Shown piece by piece: positions 1-9,102 of a stretch of 38,373 nt of DNA. Below the pieces are notes generated by a model. It was not told the origin of the DNA. It did not search any database and saw only the letters and a list, made by a program, of their open reading frames with translations. How positions within the stretch are numbered: the first letter of the stretch is position 1; each line of letters opens with the position of its first letter. Position numbers and translations under genes: made by a program. Source of the stretch: Flavobacteriaceae bacterium (lineage in GTDB: Bacteria > Bacteroidota > Bacteroidia > Flavobacteriales > Flavobacteriaceae); NCBI GenBank assembly GCA_018623655.1, contig JAAZVG010000001.1, positions 1-38,373 of the forward strand, read 5' to 3'.

Positions 1-1451
1 CTAGAAGTTACGGTAAAGTGCTTTACCTAGACCATCCTGAACTAGGTACAACAACTGTTTACGCCCATCTGAACCGATTCAGTCCAAAAATTCAAGCTTA
101 TATAAAAAGTGAGCAGTACCTACATCAAACCTACCAGATACAGCGCTATCTAAGACCAAATCAAATCCCGGTAAAGAGAGGGGAAATCATCGGATATTCA
201 GGGAATACTGGGAATTCATTCGGACCCCATCTTCATTTCGAAGTGAGAGACCTAGACTCAGAAGAGCCTATGAATCCACTTCAATTTGGTCTAGAGGCAA
301 CCGATAACGACCCACCTACAATACAAGCACTCTATCTATTTGAATCAGAAGATCCTCAAATTGTTACTGTCTTCGAAAATCGAACAATGATTAGTTTACA
401 AACCGTAAAAGAACGTGTTGAATACCGTGCAATGGACACGATTAGCGTTCAAGACTATTATGGGTTTGGTGTTCAGTCCTTCGACCGGCTAGATCTCTCT
501 GCCAATAAGAACGGTTGGTATCGATTAGAGTTAATGCGCAACGATAGCATTGTATCCGAAATCGTCATTGACCGATTTAATTTCACAGAAAATCCCTTAA
601 TCAATAAGAGCATTGATTATCATTTCTATGAATCATCAAACAACCGCATTCTTTTAACAACCAAGGAGCAAAATAACCCACTTGGTTTTTTTAAAAATGC
701 TCCAAAAAAGGAACTTTTTTCGGCTGAGGTTGGGAAAATTGATCATTGGACGCTAGTCCTAAGTGATTATTCTGATAACAGTAGTAGTGTGCACTGGATT
801 ACTAAGGGAATCAATGAAGTCAAAACTATGACCTCCTCTAAGGGTAATATGGCTGTAAACCAAAAAATTAAAAACAGGCGTTTAGAGGCTCAATTGATTG
901 CAGTCGAAAATAGTATATACAGTCCTGAGATGATCAACTTCAGTATTTCTGAAGACACTCTTTACATCGGACCAAAGGACGTGCTTGTTAGAAACCCTTT
1001 ATTACTTAAAATCATTCCGAAAGAATTAAAACAACAGTCAAACTGGTTTAATTACGCCTTTCTAGGAAAAAAAGGGGAAAAGGGCACTAATTTTATCCGA
1101 AAGGTCGACTCTGATACGCTTACATTAAATCTGCGTAATACTGGAGACTATTATTTTGCCTATGATTCGATTGCTCCGCTAATTATTCCAAGAAACTTCA
1201 GTTCAGGTCAAGAAATCAATGGGTATCGCTATCTCGAAATAGAAGCACAAGATCAAGAAACAGGGATAAAAAGCTTCGAGGGACATTTAGATGGACAGTG
1301 GATTTTATTCGAGCACGAGCCTAAGAAGAATCGCTTTACCTTTGATACCTCAGATATTTTGTTAATTCCTGGGGTTCACAGACTCGAATTTGAGATTGAA
1401 GATCTTTTGGGGAATAAGAGTAAAGAAACATTTAGTATCACTATCAATTAG
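1..1451 (+). CDS. M23 family metallopeptidase (LytM/NlpD-like), 5'-truncated by the window edge, with a roughly 380-aa C-terminal region of unknown function
   Basis: The frame is open from nt 3 to the edge. Conserved M23 core: 'YLDHPELGTTTVYAHL ... GYSGNTGNSFGPHLHFEVRD', including the HxH zinc motif. The GTG at 18 in the ORF track is probably internal. Confidence 0.85.
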   Translation, partial: RSYGKVLYLDHPELGTTTVYAHLNRFSPKIQAYIKSEQYLHQTYQIQRYLRPNQIPVKRGEIIGYSGNTGNSFGPHLHFEVRDLDSEEPMNPLQFGLEATDNDPPTIQALYLFESEDPQIVTVFENRTMISLQTVKERVEYRAMDTISVQDYYGFGVQSFDRLDLSANKNGWYRLELMRNDSIVSEIVIDRFNFTENPLINKSIDYHFYESSNNRILLTTKEQNNPLGFFKNAPKKELFSAEVGKIDHWTLVLSDYSDNSSSVHWITKGINEVKTMTSSKGNMAVNQKIKNRRLEAQLIAVENSIYSPEMINFSISEDTLYIGPKDVLVRNPLLLKIIPKELKQQSNWFNYAFLGKKGEKGTNFIRKVDSDTLTLNLRNTGDYYFAYDSIAPLIIPRNFSSGQEINGYRYLEIEAQDQETGIKSFEGHLDGQWILFEHEPKKNRFTFDTSDILLIPGVHRLEFEIEDLLGNKSKETFSITIN

Positions 1452-1452
1452 T

Positions 1453-2073
1453 ATGAAGAAATTACTATTTAGCGTTTTAGTTAGCCTTCTAACCCCATAT
1501 TTCTCAGTTGGACAGAAAAGCAGCTTTATACATCCCGAATTTGGTAATATAACCGAGACGCATCGGTTAGTTGCAATAGTTCCGTTTGATATTGACTTAG
1601 ATCTTTCTTTATCAGAATTGAAACGAAGACAACTTTCTGAGGAAGAAGGTATTAGTTTACAAAAAGAACTTACGTTTTACATCGCAAATCAAATCGAGTC
1701 GCTAAGTGTACAAATCCAACCTTACGAAGAAACTAAAGCGCTTATGCGTTCATCTGGAATCGATTATCGAAGCTCACTTCTAATGGAGTCGAAAGATTTA
1801 GCAAGCAGACTTAAGGTTGACGCTGTTATTCGTGGTAGTCTTTCACTAAGCGTTTTACTATCAGAAGGTATCGAAGATCAGTTTTCTTGGATTGATTTGT
1901 GGGTATTATCTCCCTCTTTTGGTCGAATCACACTGAAGCTAGTCGACGGTGGGTCTTCAAAACTACTATGGAGACACGAAAAAGTCATCGACAGAACTAC
2001 GGGTAAAAATACTAGAGAACTCGTCGAAAAAATGATGAAACAAATTGCAAGAAACTTTCCCTACGCCAAGTAA
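1453..2073 (+). CDS. Exported hypothetical protein (signal peptide; weak LpoB/CsgG-like 'VAIVPFD ... DAVIRGSL' pattern)
   Basis: The ATG at 1453 gives 'MKKLLFSVLVSLLTPYFSVGQ', a typical signal peptide. It starts 2 nt after the M23 stop. The upstream extension to 1390 overlaps the M23 gene and is unlikely to be coding. Confidence 0.6.
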   Translation: MKKLLFSVLVSLLTPYFSVGQKSSFIHPEFGNITETHRLVAIVPFDIDLDLSLSELKRRQLSEEEGISLQKELTFYIANQIESLSVQIQPYEETKALMRSSGIDYRSSLLMESKDLASRLKVDAVIRGSLSLSVLLSEGIEDQFSWIDLWVLSPSFGRITLKLVDGGSSKLLWRHEKVIDRTTGKNTRELVEKMMKQIARNFPYAK

Positions 2074-3200
2074 TCGATTAAAACATCGAGCACGTAATCG
2101 ACTTCTTCAATCGTGTTGAAAATAGAGAAAGAAAAACGAAGTGATGGGAATTCATCAGCATCGATCGCGCGAAGCACATGAGAACCTGTATTACTTCCAG
2201 ATTGACAAGCGCTACCTTGAGAACACGCAATACCTTTTAAATCCAAATGAAATAATAGTAATGTAGATTTATCACCTGTAATTGGAAATCTTAAGTTTAC
2301 AAGAGTGTAAGTGCTGCGATCAAAATTATCACATCCGCCATTGAAAATCGCCTTAGGAAAACGTGTGCGAATTCCCTCGATAAATCTATTTTTTAAAGAC
2401 TGCACATATTCTTTCTCGTTAGCCAAATTTTCATAAGCTAAAGAGAAAGCCTTTTCCATACCCAAAATATTATGAACGCTCTCAGTACCAGCTCTAAAAC
2501 CTTTTTCTTGTCCTCCACCGACTATTAAAGAATTCAAATGAATATCAGAACGCATGTATAAAAACCCGATACCCTTTGGTCCGTGAAATTTATGTGCTGC
2601 TCCACAAATAAAATGCACTGGTGTTTTTGATAAATCCCAATGATAGTGACCCACAGATTGAACTGTATCAGAATGAAAAAGGGCATGATATATTTCACAT
2701 AATTCAGCAACTTTTTCGATATCGAGTAAATTTCCTATTTCATTATTAACATGCATTAAACTCACTAATGTCCTAGGAGCATTTTCGCATGAGAGTCGCT
2801 GCTCTAAATCATTGAGATCAACATATCCCCTGTCGTCGATATTCACCAGCTCTAATTCAATACCATATTCCGCCGCGACCGTTTCCGCTGCATGTAGAAC
2901 TGCATGATGTTCTATAGGTGAAGTGATTATTCGTTTCACTGCTAAATCTCTCGCTGCACAACGAATTACTATATTGTCTGCTTCTGTTCCGCCAGAGGTG
3001 AAGTAAATTTCACTAGGCTTAGCACCTAAGGTTGTCGCGATTGATTTTCTAGCCTTCTCTATCAAGGCCTTTGACGATCTTCCAAATGAATGGGTAGATG
3101 ACGGATTGCCGAATTGATCGTTTAAAGATTCTGTAATCGCAGTTACAACTTCTGGTCTAAGTGCAGTCGTGGCAGCGTTATCAAAATAAACTGGAGTCAT
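2061..3200 (-). CDS. Cysteine desulfurase, class V aminotransferase (NifS/IscS-like)
   Basis: 379 aa. N-terminus 'VYFDNAATT'. PLP lysine context 'GAAHKFHGPKGIGFLY'. Catalytic Cys loop 'GSACQSGS'. Confidence 0.9.
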   Translation of the reverse strand: MTPVYFDNAATTALRPEVVTAITESLNDQFGNPSSTHSFGRSSKALIEKARKSIATTLGAKPSEIYFTSGGTEADNIVIRCAARDLAVKRIITSPIEHHAVLHAAETVAAEYGIELELVNIDDRGYVDLNDLEQRLSCENAPRTLVSLMHVNNEIGNLLDIEKVAELCEIYHALFHSDTVQSVGHYHWDLSKTPVHFICGAAHKFHGPKGIGFLYMRSDIHLNSLIVGGGQEKGFRAGTESVHNILGMEKAFSLAYENLANEKEYVQSLKNRFIEGIRTRFPKAIFNGGCDNFDRSTYTLVNLRFPITGDKSTLLLFHLDLKGIACSQGSACQSGSNTGSHVLRAIDADEFPSLRFSFSIFNTIEEVDYVLDVLIDYLA

Positions 3201-3235
3201 GTCTCAAAGTTACGTTTTGATTCGAAAAACAACTA

Positions 3236-5431
3236 TTAAATAGCCTGTTCAGAATAGAATTTAATACGATACAACCTAATCTCGTCTTCTTCGAAATCTT
3301 CTTCTAACTCAGCGATTGCATCTTCAAGGCGATTCGAACTAGACTCCATGAAATAATCGTGAAGTTCTTCTTGTGAATCATCATCAAGCAACTCATCAAC
3401 CCAATAACCAATATTTAACTTTGTTCCGCTAAAAACAATCTGCTCCATAGTTTGTAGTAGCTCATCTTGACTTATCCCTTTAGAAGAGGCAATATCATCA
3501 AAAGGCAATTTTCGATCTACACTTTGAATAATATATAGTTTCAAGCCCGAGTTTGAGCCTGCTGATTTAACGACAAGTTCATCAGGTTTAACAATATCAT
3601 TTTGTTCAACATAATCTGCGATGCAATTCACAAAAGGCTGGCCATAACGTTTAGCTTTAGCATCTCCTACTCCTTGTATTTGTCCCAATTCTTCTTTAGT
3701 AGTAGGATACTTTAAAGCCATTTCTTCAAGCGAAGGATCTTGAAGAATAATGTAGGGGGGCACTCCATGCTTATCAGCCTCTCTCTTTCTCAGTGCTTTT
3801 AAAAGTGATAAAAGCTTATCATCGGTACCACCGGTGTTTAATTTCTCCTGATGTATTTCAGCTACTTCCTGATCATAATCACGATCTAAAACCATTTGAA
3901 AACTAGATGGTGATTTTAAAAACTCAAACCCATTATCGGTAATTTGAAGAATCCCATAATTTTCAATTGACTTACGCAAATACCCAGCGATAACAAGCTG
4001 CCGAACCAATGCATGCCAAAAAAACGATTTGTGCGCATGACCGCATCCAAAAATAGGTTTATCCTCTATTTTATGGGAGCTGATCATCGCATTTGGTTTT
4101 CCTCTTAGAATCCGAACAATTTCTTTGCTTTTAAATTTTTCTGTAGTCTTCTGAACGACATCGAGTACAAGAGCGGCCTCTTCACCAGCCTCGAAGAGCT
4201 CTCTAGGATTCCTAGCATTATCATCCATATCGGCTCCTTCCCCATTTACCTCATCAAATTCTTCTCCGAAATAATGAAGAATAAATTTTCGTCTGGATAA
4301 CGAAGTTTCTGCATAAGCGATTACATCTTGCAATAAGGCTTGACTAACCTCTTGTTCAGCTATGGGTTTGCCTGAACTGAATTTTTCTAACTTTTCGATG
4401 TCCTTAGAAGAGTAAAAAGCAATACAAATACCTTCGCCTCCATCTCTACCCGCTCTACCTGTTTCTTGATAATAGCTTTCAATACTCTTTGGCATGTCGT
4501 AATGAATCACTAGCCTAACATCGGGTTTATCGATTCCCATTCCAAAGGCAATTGTGGCTACGACGACATCCACATCTTCCATCAAAAATTGATCTTGATA
4601 CTGGGCACGTGTCTTTGCATCAAAACCTGCGTGATAGGGAATTGCTTTAATTCCGTTCAACTGGAGAATCTGAGCAAGCTCTTCTACCTTTTTTCGACTG
4701 AGGCAGTAGATAATTACAGACTTACTGGGATGTTGTGCAACAAGTTTTACGATATCACTATTTACCTGATCCGTCTTAGGCCGTACCTCGTAAAATAAGT
4801 TAGGACGATTAAAAGAAGATTTTAAAAGCATTGCATCTTTCATTCCAAGGTTCTTCATAATGTCCTCTTGAACCTTTGGAGTAGCGGTAGCTGTTAGTGC
4901 AATTAGGGGAATACCAGGAGACAATCGATCAATAATTGCTCGTATATTTCTGTACTCTGGTCTAAAATCATGGCCCCACTCCGAAATACAGTGCGCCTCA
5001 TCAATAGCCACAAAGGAAAGTTGAAGCGATTTTAATAAGTCAATGTTATGCTGCTTAGTCAAAGACTCAGGAGCGACGAAAAGAAGTTTAGTAACCCCTG
5101 ATCTGAGGTCATCGATTACCGTTTGAATTTCTGTTTTAGTAAGTGAAGAGTTTAAAACGTGTGCAATGCCAGGGTCGGTAGACTGGGTTCTTATTGCATC
5201 AACTTGGTTTTTCATTAGTGCAATAAGTGGACTAATCACAATTGAGGTTCCTTCACACATTAATGCCGGGAGTTGATAACACAAAGACTTACCTCCTCCA
5301 GTTGGCATTATTACAAATGTATCTCGACCTGAAAGAAGGGTGCTAATCGCCTCTTTTTGCAATCCCTTAAATTCAGAGAATCCAAAAAATTTTCGAAGTG
5401 TTTGATATAATTCGTTTTCGTTAAGGATCAT
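3236..5431 (-). CDS. recQ: ATP-dependent DNA helicase RecQ
   Basis: Walker A 'MPTGGGKS', DEAH box 'DEAHCISEWGHDFRPEY', 'YYQETGRAGRDG', and a C-terminal HRDC-like region. The start is set at the internal ATG ('MILNENELYQTLRKFFGFSEFKG'). The 100-codon upstream extension overlaps kdsD. Confidence 0.92.
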   Translation of the reverse strand: MILNENELYQTLRKFFGFSEFKGLQKEAISTLLSGRDTFVIMPTGGGKSLCYQLPALMCEGTSIVISPLIALMKNQVDAIRTQSTDPGIAHVLNSSLTKTEIQTVIDDLRSGVTKLLFVAPESLTKQHNIDLLKSLQLSFVAIDEAHCISEWGHDFRPEYRNIRAIIDRLSPGIPLIALTATATPKVQEDIMKNLGMKDAMLLKSSFNRPNLFYEVRPKTDQVNSDIVKLVAQHPSKSVIIYCLSRKKVEELAQILQLNGIKAIPYHAGFDAKTRAQYQDQFLMEDVDVVVATIAFGMGIDKPDVRLVIHYDMPKSIESYYQETGRAGRDGGEGICIAFYSSKDIEKLEKFSSGKPIAEQEVSQALLQDVIAYAETSLSRRKFILHYFGEEFDEVNGEGADMDDNARNPRELFEAGEEAALVLDVVQKTTEKFKSKEIVRILRGKPNAMISSHKIEDKPIFGCGHAHKSFFWHALVRQLVIAGYLRKSIENYGILQITDNGFEFLKSPSSFQMVLDRDYDQEVAEIHQEKLNTGGTDDKLLSLLKALRKREADKHGVPPYIILQDPSLEEMALKYPTTKEELGQIQGVGDAKAKRYGQPFVNCIADYVEQNDIVKPDELVVKSAGSNSGLKLYIIQSVDRKLPFDDIASSKGISQDELLQTMEQIVFSGTKLNIGYWVDELLDDDSQEELHDYFMESSSNRLEDAIAELEEDFEEDEIRLYRIKFYSEQAI

Positions 5432-5531
5432 CAGAGTCTGCTTGTCAATTAACCATTCAGATGTATTCGGGGTATAATTTGTAATTTCGTACTTGAATTT
5501 AACACATATTTGACAATTCACCGGCTTACCC

Positions 5532-6497
5532 TTGAAGAAACCTATAAATCTTAGAGAAATTGTTAATCGCGTTTTGCAAATAGAGATTGATGCTCTTGAG
5601 AATCTCCAGAACAGCATTAACGACAATGTTGAAGAAGTGATTAAAATGATCACGAATCTCAACGGAAGGGTTGTGGTTAGTGGCGTGGGTAAAAGTGCAC
5701 TGATCGCGCAGAAATGGGTTGCAAGCTTCAACTCGACAGGAACTCCAGCCCTATTTATGCATGCGGCAGATGCGGTACATGGTGATTTGGGAATGATTCA
5801 AGAAGGAGATTTAGTTTTTATTCTTTCTAAAAGTGGAGGTAGTGAAGAAATCAAAACATTAGCACTACATCTCAAAAATCTAAATCAACCCTTTGTCGCA
5901 ATTACCTCAAATCCAGACTCAATCATAAGTAAAAAGGCTACTCTTAGCATTCTAACACCTGTTGAAAAAGAGGCCTGCCCTCACGATTTAGCTCCAACAG
6001 CAAGTACTACGGTGCAACTGGCACTTGGAGATGCTTTAATGGTGGCTACCCTCGAAAGTAAAGGGTTTAAGGCAGAACAATTCGCTCAGTTCCATCCAGG
6101 TGGAAGTCTAGGTAAAAGGTTAACGCTAAAGGTCAAAGATTTAATTAATCCCGAGCTTTTACCTAAGGTCCACCCTTCAAGTACATTTAAGGAGGTGATT
6201 GTTGAGATTTCCAAAAACCTCTTAGGATGTGCAGTGGTTTGTGATGGCACAAAAATCATGGGAATGATCACCGATGGAGATTTAAGGCGGATGCTTGAAA
6301 AAAGTCATGATTTTGACTCTATTGAAGCCGCTTCACTTATGAGTCCAAATCCCAAATCAATAAGTTCTGACCATCTTGCTTCAGAAGCACTTCACATTAT
6401 GAATTCCAACGAAATCACACAGTTAATTGTTGTTGATGGTAGCAATTATGTAGGTATCTTGCATCTTCATAACTTGATTCAAGCAGGCTTAGTATGA
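5532..6497 (+). CDS. kdsD: KpsF/GutQ-family arabinose-5-phosphate isomerase (SIS domain plus two CBS domains)
   Basis: SIS motif 'RVVVSGVGKSALIAQK...HGDLGMI', then tandem CBS-like repeats. TTG start; no in-frame ATG lies nearby. Confidence 0.88.
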   Translation: MKKPINLREIVNRVLQIEIDALENLQNSINDNVEEVIKMITNLNGRVVVSGVGKSALIAQKWVASFNSTGTPALFMHAADAVHGDLGMIQEGDLVFILSKSGGSEEIKTLALHLKNLNQPFVAITSNPDSIISKKATLSILTPVEKEACPHDLAPTASTTVQLALGDALMVATLESKGFKAEQFAQFHPGGSLGKRLTLKVKDLINPELLPKVHPSSTFKEVIVEISKNLLGCAVVCDGTKIMGMITDGDLRRMLEKSHDFDSIEAASLMSPNPKSISSDHLASEALHIMNSNEITQLIVVDGSNYVGILHLHNLIQAGLV

Positions 6498-7300
6498 GTA
6501 GTAGAGACGAGATGTCTTTTTTAGACCATTTAGAAGAGCTTCGTTGGCACCTGATTCGTTCTATCCTGGCAATAATGATTATTGCGGTTTTCGCTTTCGT
6601 TTTTAAAGGGTTCATTTTTGATACTATCATTTTTGGGCCTAAGAATATGGATTTTCCGACCTATCATTTCTTTTGTCAAATCGCAATGTTCTTTGGAGTG
6701 ACTTCTGATTTCTGTGCAGATAGTCTACCCTTCACTTTACAAAACAGAACAATGGCTGGGCAATTTTCAGCTCACATTTGGACATCAATTTGGGCGGGTA
6801 TAATTGTAGGTTTCCCTTACTTATTATGGGAGTTATGGCGATTTATTAGTCCAGGATTGTACGAAAATGAACGAAAACACTCTAGAGGATTTATCATCGT
6901 GGCATCATCCCTATTTTTCATAGGAGTACTATTTGGTTATTACGTGATTGCTCCGCTGTCCATCAACTTTTTAGGAACCTATACGGTAAGCCAAGAAGTT
7001 GCTAATGAAATCGATATATCCTCATACATTTCAACGGTTAGAGCATCAGTAATTGCCTGCGGCATCATGTTTGAGCTCCCTATTTTGATATACTTTCTAA
7101 CTCGTGTTGGGTTGGTAACTCCAGAAATCCTAAAAACGTATCGCAAATTTGCGATTGTTATCATCTTTATCATTTCGGCGGTAATTACTCCTCCAGATGT
7201 GGCGAGTCAAGTAATTGTATCGATACCCGTTTTGATCTTATATGAGTTTAGTATCTTCATTTCAAGAATTGTAATTCGTAAACAAAAATCAAATGGCTAA
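6494..7300 (+). CDS. tatC: Twin-arginine translocase subunit TatC
   Basis: 'MSFLDHLEELRWHLIRS' N-terminus, six hydrophobic segments, 'PPDVASQ' motif. ATGA overlap with the kdsD stop. Confidence 0.92.
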   Translation: MSSRDEMSFLDHLEELRWHLIRSILAIMIIAVFAFVFKGFIFDTIIFGPKNMDFPTYHFFCQIAMFFGVTSDFCADSLPFTLQNRTMAGQFSAHIWTSIWAGIIVGFPYLLWELWRFISPGLYENERKHSRGFIIVASSLFFIGVLFGYYVIAPLSINFLGTYTVSQEVANEIDISSYISTVRASVIACGIMFELPILIYFLTRVGLVTPEILKTYRKFAIVIIFIISAVITPPDVASQVIVSIPVLILYEFSIFISRIVIRKQKSNG

Positions 7301-7649
7301 CTCAATAGTTGAAGAATTTAATGCCTATCGTTCAAAAATGAATGAGCGCATTCTTGGCGATGATCAAAAGCTGATTAAACGTATATTCAATCTAGACACC
7401 AATGCCTTCGCTGATGGAGCTCTAGATGTTAAAACAAAAGAATTATTAGGTTTGGTTGCTTCTGCGGTTCTTCGGTGTGATGACTGTGTGCGCTATCATA
7501 TTGAGGGAGCAAGTAACGCTGGTGCGAATCCAGAAGAAATAAAAGAAACCTTAGGTATTGCTACACTCATTGGCGGAACTATTGTTATCCCACATCTTCG
7601 AAGAGCCTACGAATATCTAGATGCCTTAAAAGAATCTCGTGAAGCTTAG
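7293..7649 (+). CDS. Carboxymuconolactone decarboxylase family / AhpD-like protein
   Basis: 118 aa. Exact AhpD-type signature E-x11-C-x2-C-x3-H in '[20 protein letters not shown]'. Overlaps the tatC stop by 8 nt and the lptB start by 11 nt. Confidence 0.8.
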   Translation: MANSIVEEFNAYRSKMNERILGDDQKLIKRIFNLDTNAFADGALDVKTKELLGLVASAVLRCDDCVRYHIEGASNAGANPEEIKETLGIATLIGGTIVIPHLRRAYEYLDALKESREA

Positions 7650-8394
7650 AGCTACAAATCTTAAAAAAGTATACAACCAACGAACCGTTGTCAAAAGTGT
7701 TTCTCTAGAAGTAAACCAAGGAGAAATAATAGGGTTGTTAGGCCCTAACGGTGCCGGTAAAACAACCTCATTTTATATGATTGTAGGACTTGTTCGACCT
7801 AATGGTGGTTCAATTTACCTCAATGACAAAGAAATTACAGACTATCCAATGTATAAGAGGGCACAAAACGGTATTGGTTATCTTGCCCAAGAAGCCTCTG
7901 TATTTCGCAAGCTAAGTGTCGAAGAAAACATTCTTAGTGTACTTCAGACTACCGCTCTTTCAAAAGTGGCCCAAAAGGAAAAGATGGAGGAGTTACTCGA
8001 AGAATTCTCACTTACCCATATCAGAAAGAACCGAGGAGATCTTTTATCTGGAGGAGAACGCCGACGAACAGAAATAGCCCGAGCCTTAGCAACAGATCCT
8101 AAGTTCATTTTACTTGATGAGCCTTTTGCTGGAGTTGATCCCGTGGCTGTTGAAGATATTCAACGAATAGTGGCTCAATTAAAGCATAAGAACATCGGAA
8201 TATTAATTACCGATCACAACGTTCAAGAAACTCTCGCTATCACAGAGCGCTCCTATCTGATGTTCGAAGGGAGAATACTAAAAGCAGGTGCTCCTGAAGA
8301 ACTCGCTGCTGATGAAATGGTTCGTAAAGTCTACCTAGGACAAAACTTCGAGCTTCGTAAAAAGCGTCTAGCTTTTCAAGAGAAGGGAAAATAG
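7639..8394 (+). CDS. lptB: LPS export ABC transporter ATP-binding protein LptB
   Basis: Walker A 'GPNGAGKTT', signature 'LSGGERRR', Walker B '[11 protein letters not shown]', conserved end 'VYLGQNFEL'. GTG start. Confidence 0.9.
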   Translation: MKLRATNLKKVYNQRTVVKSVSLEVNQGEIIGLLGPNGAGKTTSFYMIVGLVRPNGGSIYLNDKEITDYPMYKRAQNGIGYLAQEASVFRKLSVEENILSVLQTTALSKVAQKEKMEELLEEFSLTHIRKNRGDLLSGGERRRTEIARALATDPKFILLDEPFAGVDPVAVEDIQRIVAQLKHKNIGILITDHNVQETLAITERSYLMFEGRILKAGAPEELAADEMVRKVYLGQNFELRKKRLAFQEKGK

Positions 8395-9039
8395 TAGATA
8401 AGCTCCTAAAACCACGGGAATCCCAGAAACCCCAAGGCTCGCAAATGCAATAATCGTCGCTACCAAGAATCCGTAGCGCTGCCAATTTTCAGAAACAGAT
8501 AACCCTTTAACTTTAAAACTAAGGGTTGGCAATTTACTAATCATCCATAGCCCTAATACTAAGGACAGACCTGTGATGACAAGTGTCTCAAAACTACCCG
8601 CTAGAGTGCAGGAGGAAAAGAAATAGGAAACACCAATAATACTTAAGGTCATGGCTGGGGTTGGCATTCCTTCAAAATACGGTTTAGGGTCTGCCGCATG
8701 AATCGTATATCTAACGAGTCGCCAAAGCGCACAGGTGAATAAAAAACCTGAACTTATCACCAAGGGTATGAAGTACGCTGAAGACTCAAATCGGAATAAA
8801 ATAAAGAGTGCCGGTGCAGCGCCAAAACTGATCAAATCAGCCATGGAGTCAAGTAAAGCACCCTCTTTTGAAAAGGCGTTTAAACGCTTCGCTAAAAAAC
8901 CGTCAAAAAAATCAAATACGGCTGCGGTTACTAATAATCCGGTAGCATTATCAAATGAGCCTTTACTCGAATAGTAAATAGCTAACCATCCGCACAAGGC
9001 ATTCAAAAGAGTTACTAGATTAGGAATCGATTTACGCAT
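8368..9039 (-). CDS. pssA: CDP-diacylglycerol--serine O-phosphatidyltransferase (CDP-alcohol phosphatidyltransferase family)
   Basis: Near-canonical CDP-alcohol motif '[28 protein letters not shown]'. Polytopic membrane protein. The ATG at 9039 is preferred over the TTG at 9042. Confidence 0.8.
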   Translation of the reverse strand: MRKSIPNLVTLLNALCGWLAIYYSSKGSFDNATGLLVTAAVFDFFDGFLAKRLNAFSKEGALLDSMADLISFGAAPALFILFRFESSAYFIPLVISSGFLFTCALWRLVRYTIHAADPKPYFEGMPTPAMTLSIIGVSYFFSSCTLAGSFETLVITGLSLVLGLWMISKLPTLSFKVKGLSVSENWQRYGFLVATIIAFASLGVSGIPVVLGAYLLFSLLLKS

Positions 9040-9090
9040 CAATTATTGGTTTCGTCTGTAAATGTACATTTTTATGGGCACTGCATTTTC

Positions 9091-9098
9091 TATATTTG
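9091..9098 (+). promoter_or_regulatory. Bacteroidota-type -7 promoter box TATATTTG (TAnnTTTG)
   Basis: Exact match to the consensus, 4 nt upstream of the ATG at 9103. Confidence 0.4.
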
Positions 9099-9102
9099 AA
9101 TT

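Noticed and set aside
1390-1452. An upstream extension of the 1390..2073 ORF that overlaps the M23 gene.
   Set aside because: - The ATG at 1453 gives a clean signal peptide directly after the M23 stop.
- The 21 extra codons lie inside the M23 coding sequence.
5490-5510. A candidate -7 promoter box for kdsD ('CATATTTG', and 'TATAATTTG' a little upstream).
   Set aside because: These are only near-matches to TAnnTTTG (wrong first base or wrong spacing), so I did not list them as features. A promoter probably exists in this 100-nt divergent gap, but I cannot place it.
5432-5731. A 100-codon N-terminal extension of the recQ ORF (ORF track 3236..5731).
   Set aside because: - The extension is hydrophobic and low-complexity.
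- It runs across the divergent intergenic region and overlaps the first 200 nt of kdsD on the opposite strand.
- The internal ATG at 5431 yields the canonical RecQ N-terminus and a typical length of about 730 aa.
9040-9042. The TTG start for pssA (and the analogous TTG starts at 27722 and 31698 in the ORF track).
   Set aside because: In each case an ATG lies 1-10 codons downstream and gives the family-typical N-terminus: [10 protein letters not shown] for PssA, the MKRRSFL Tat signal, and [11 protein letters not shown] for GuaA.
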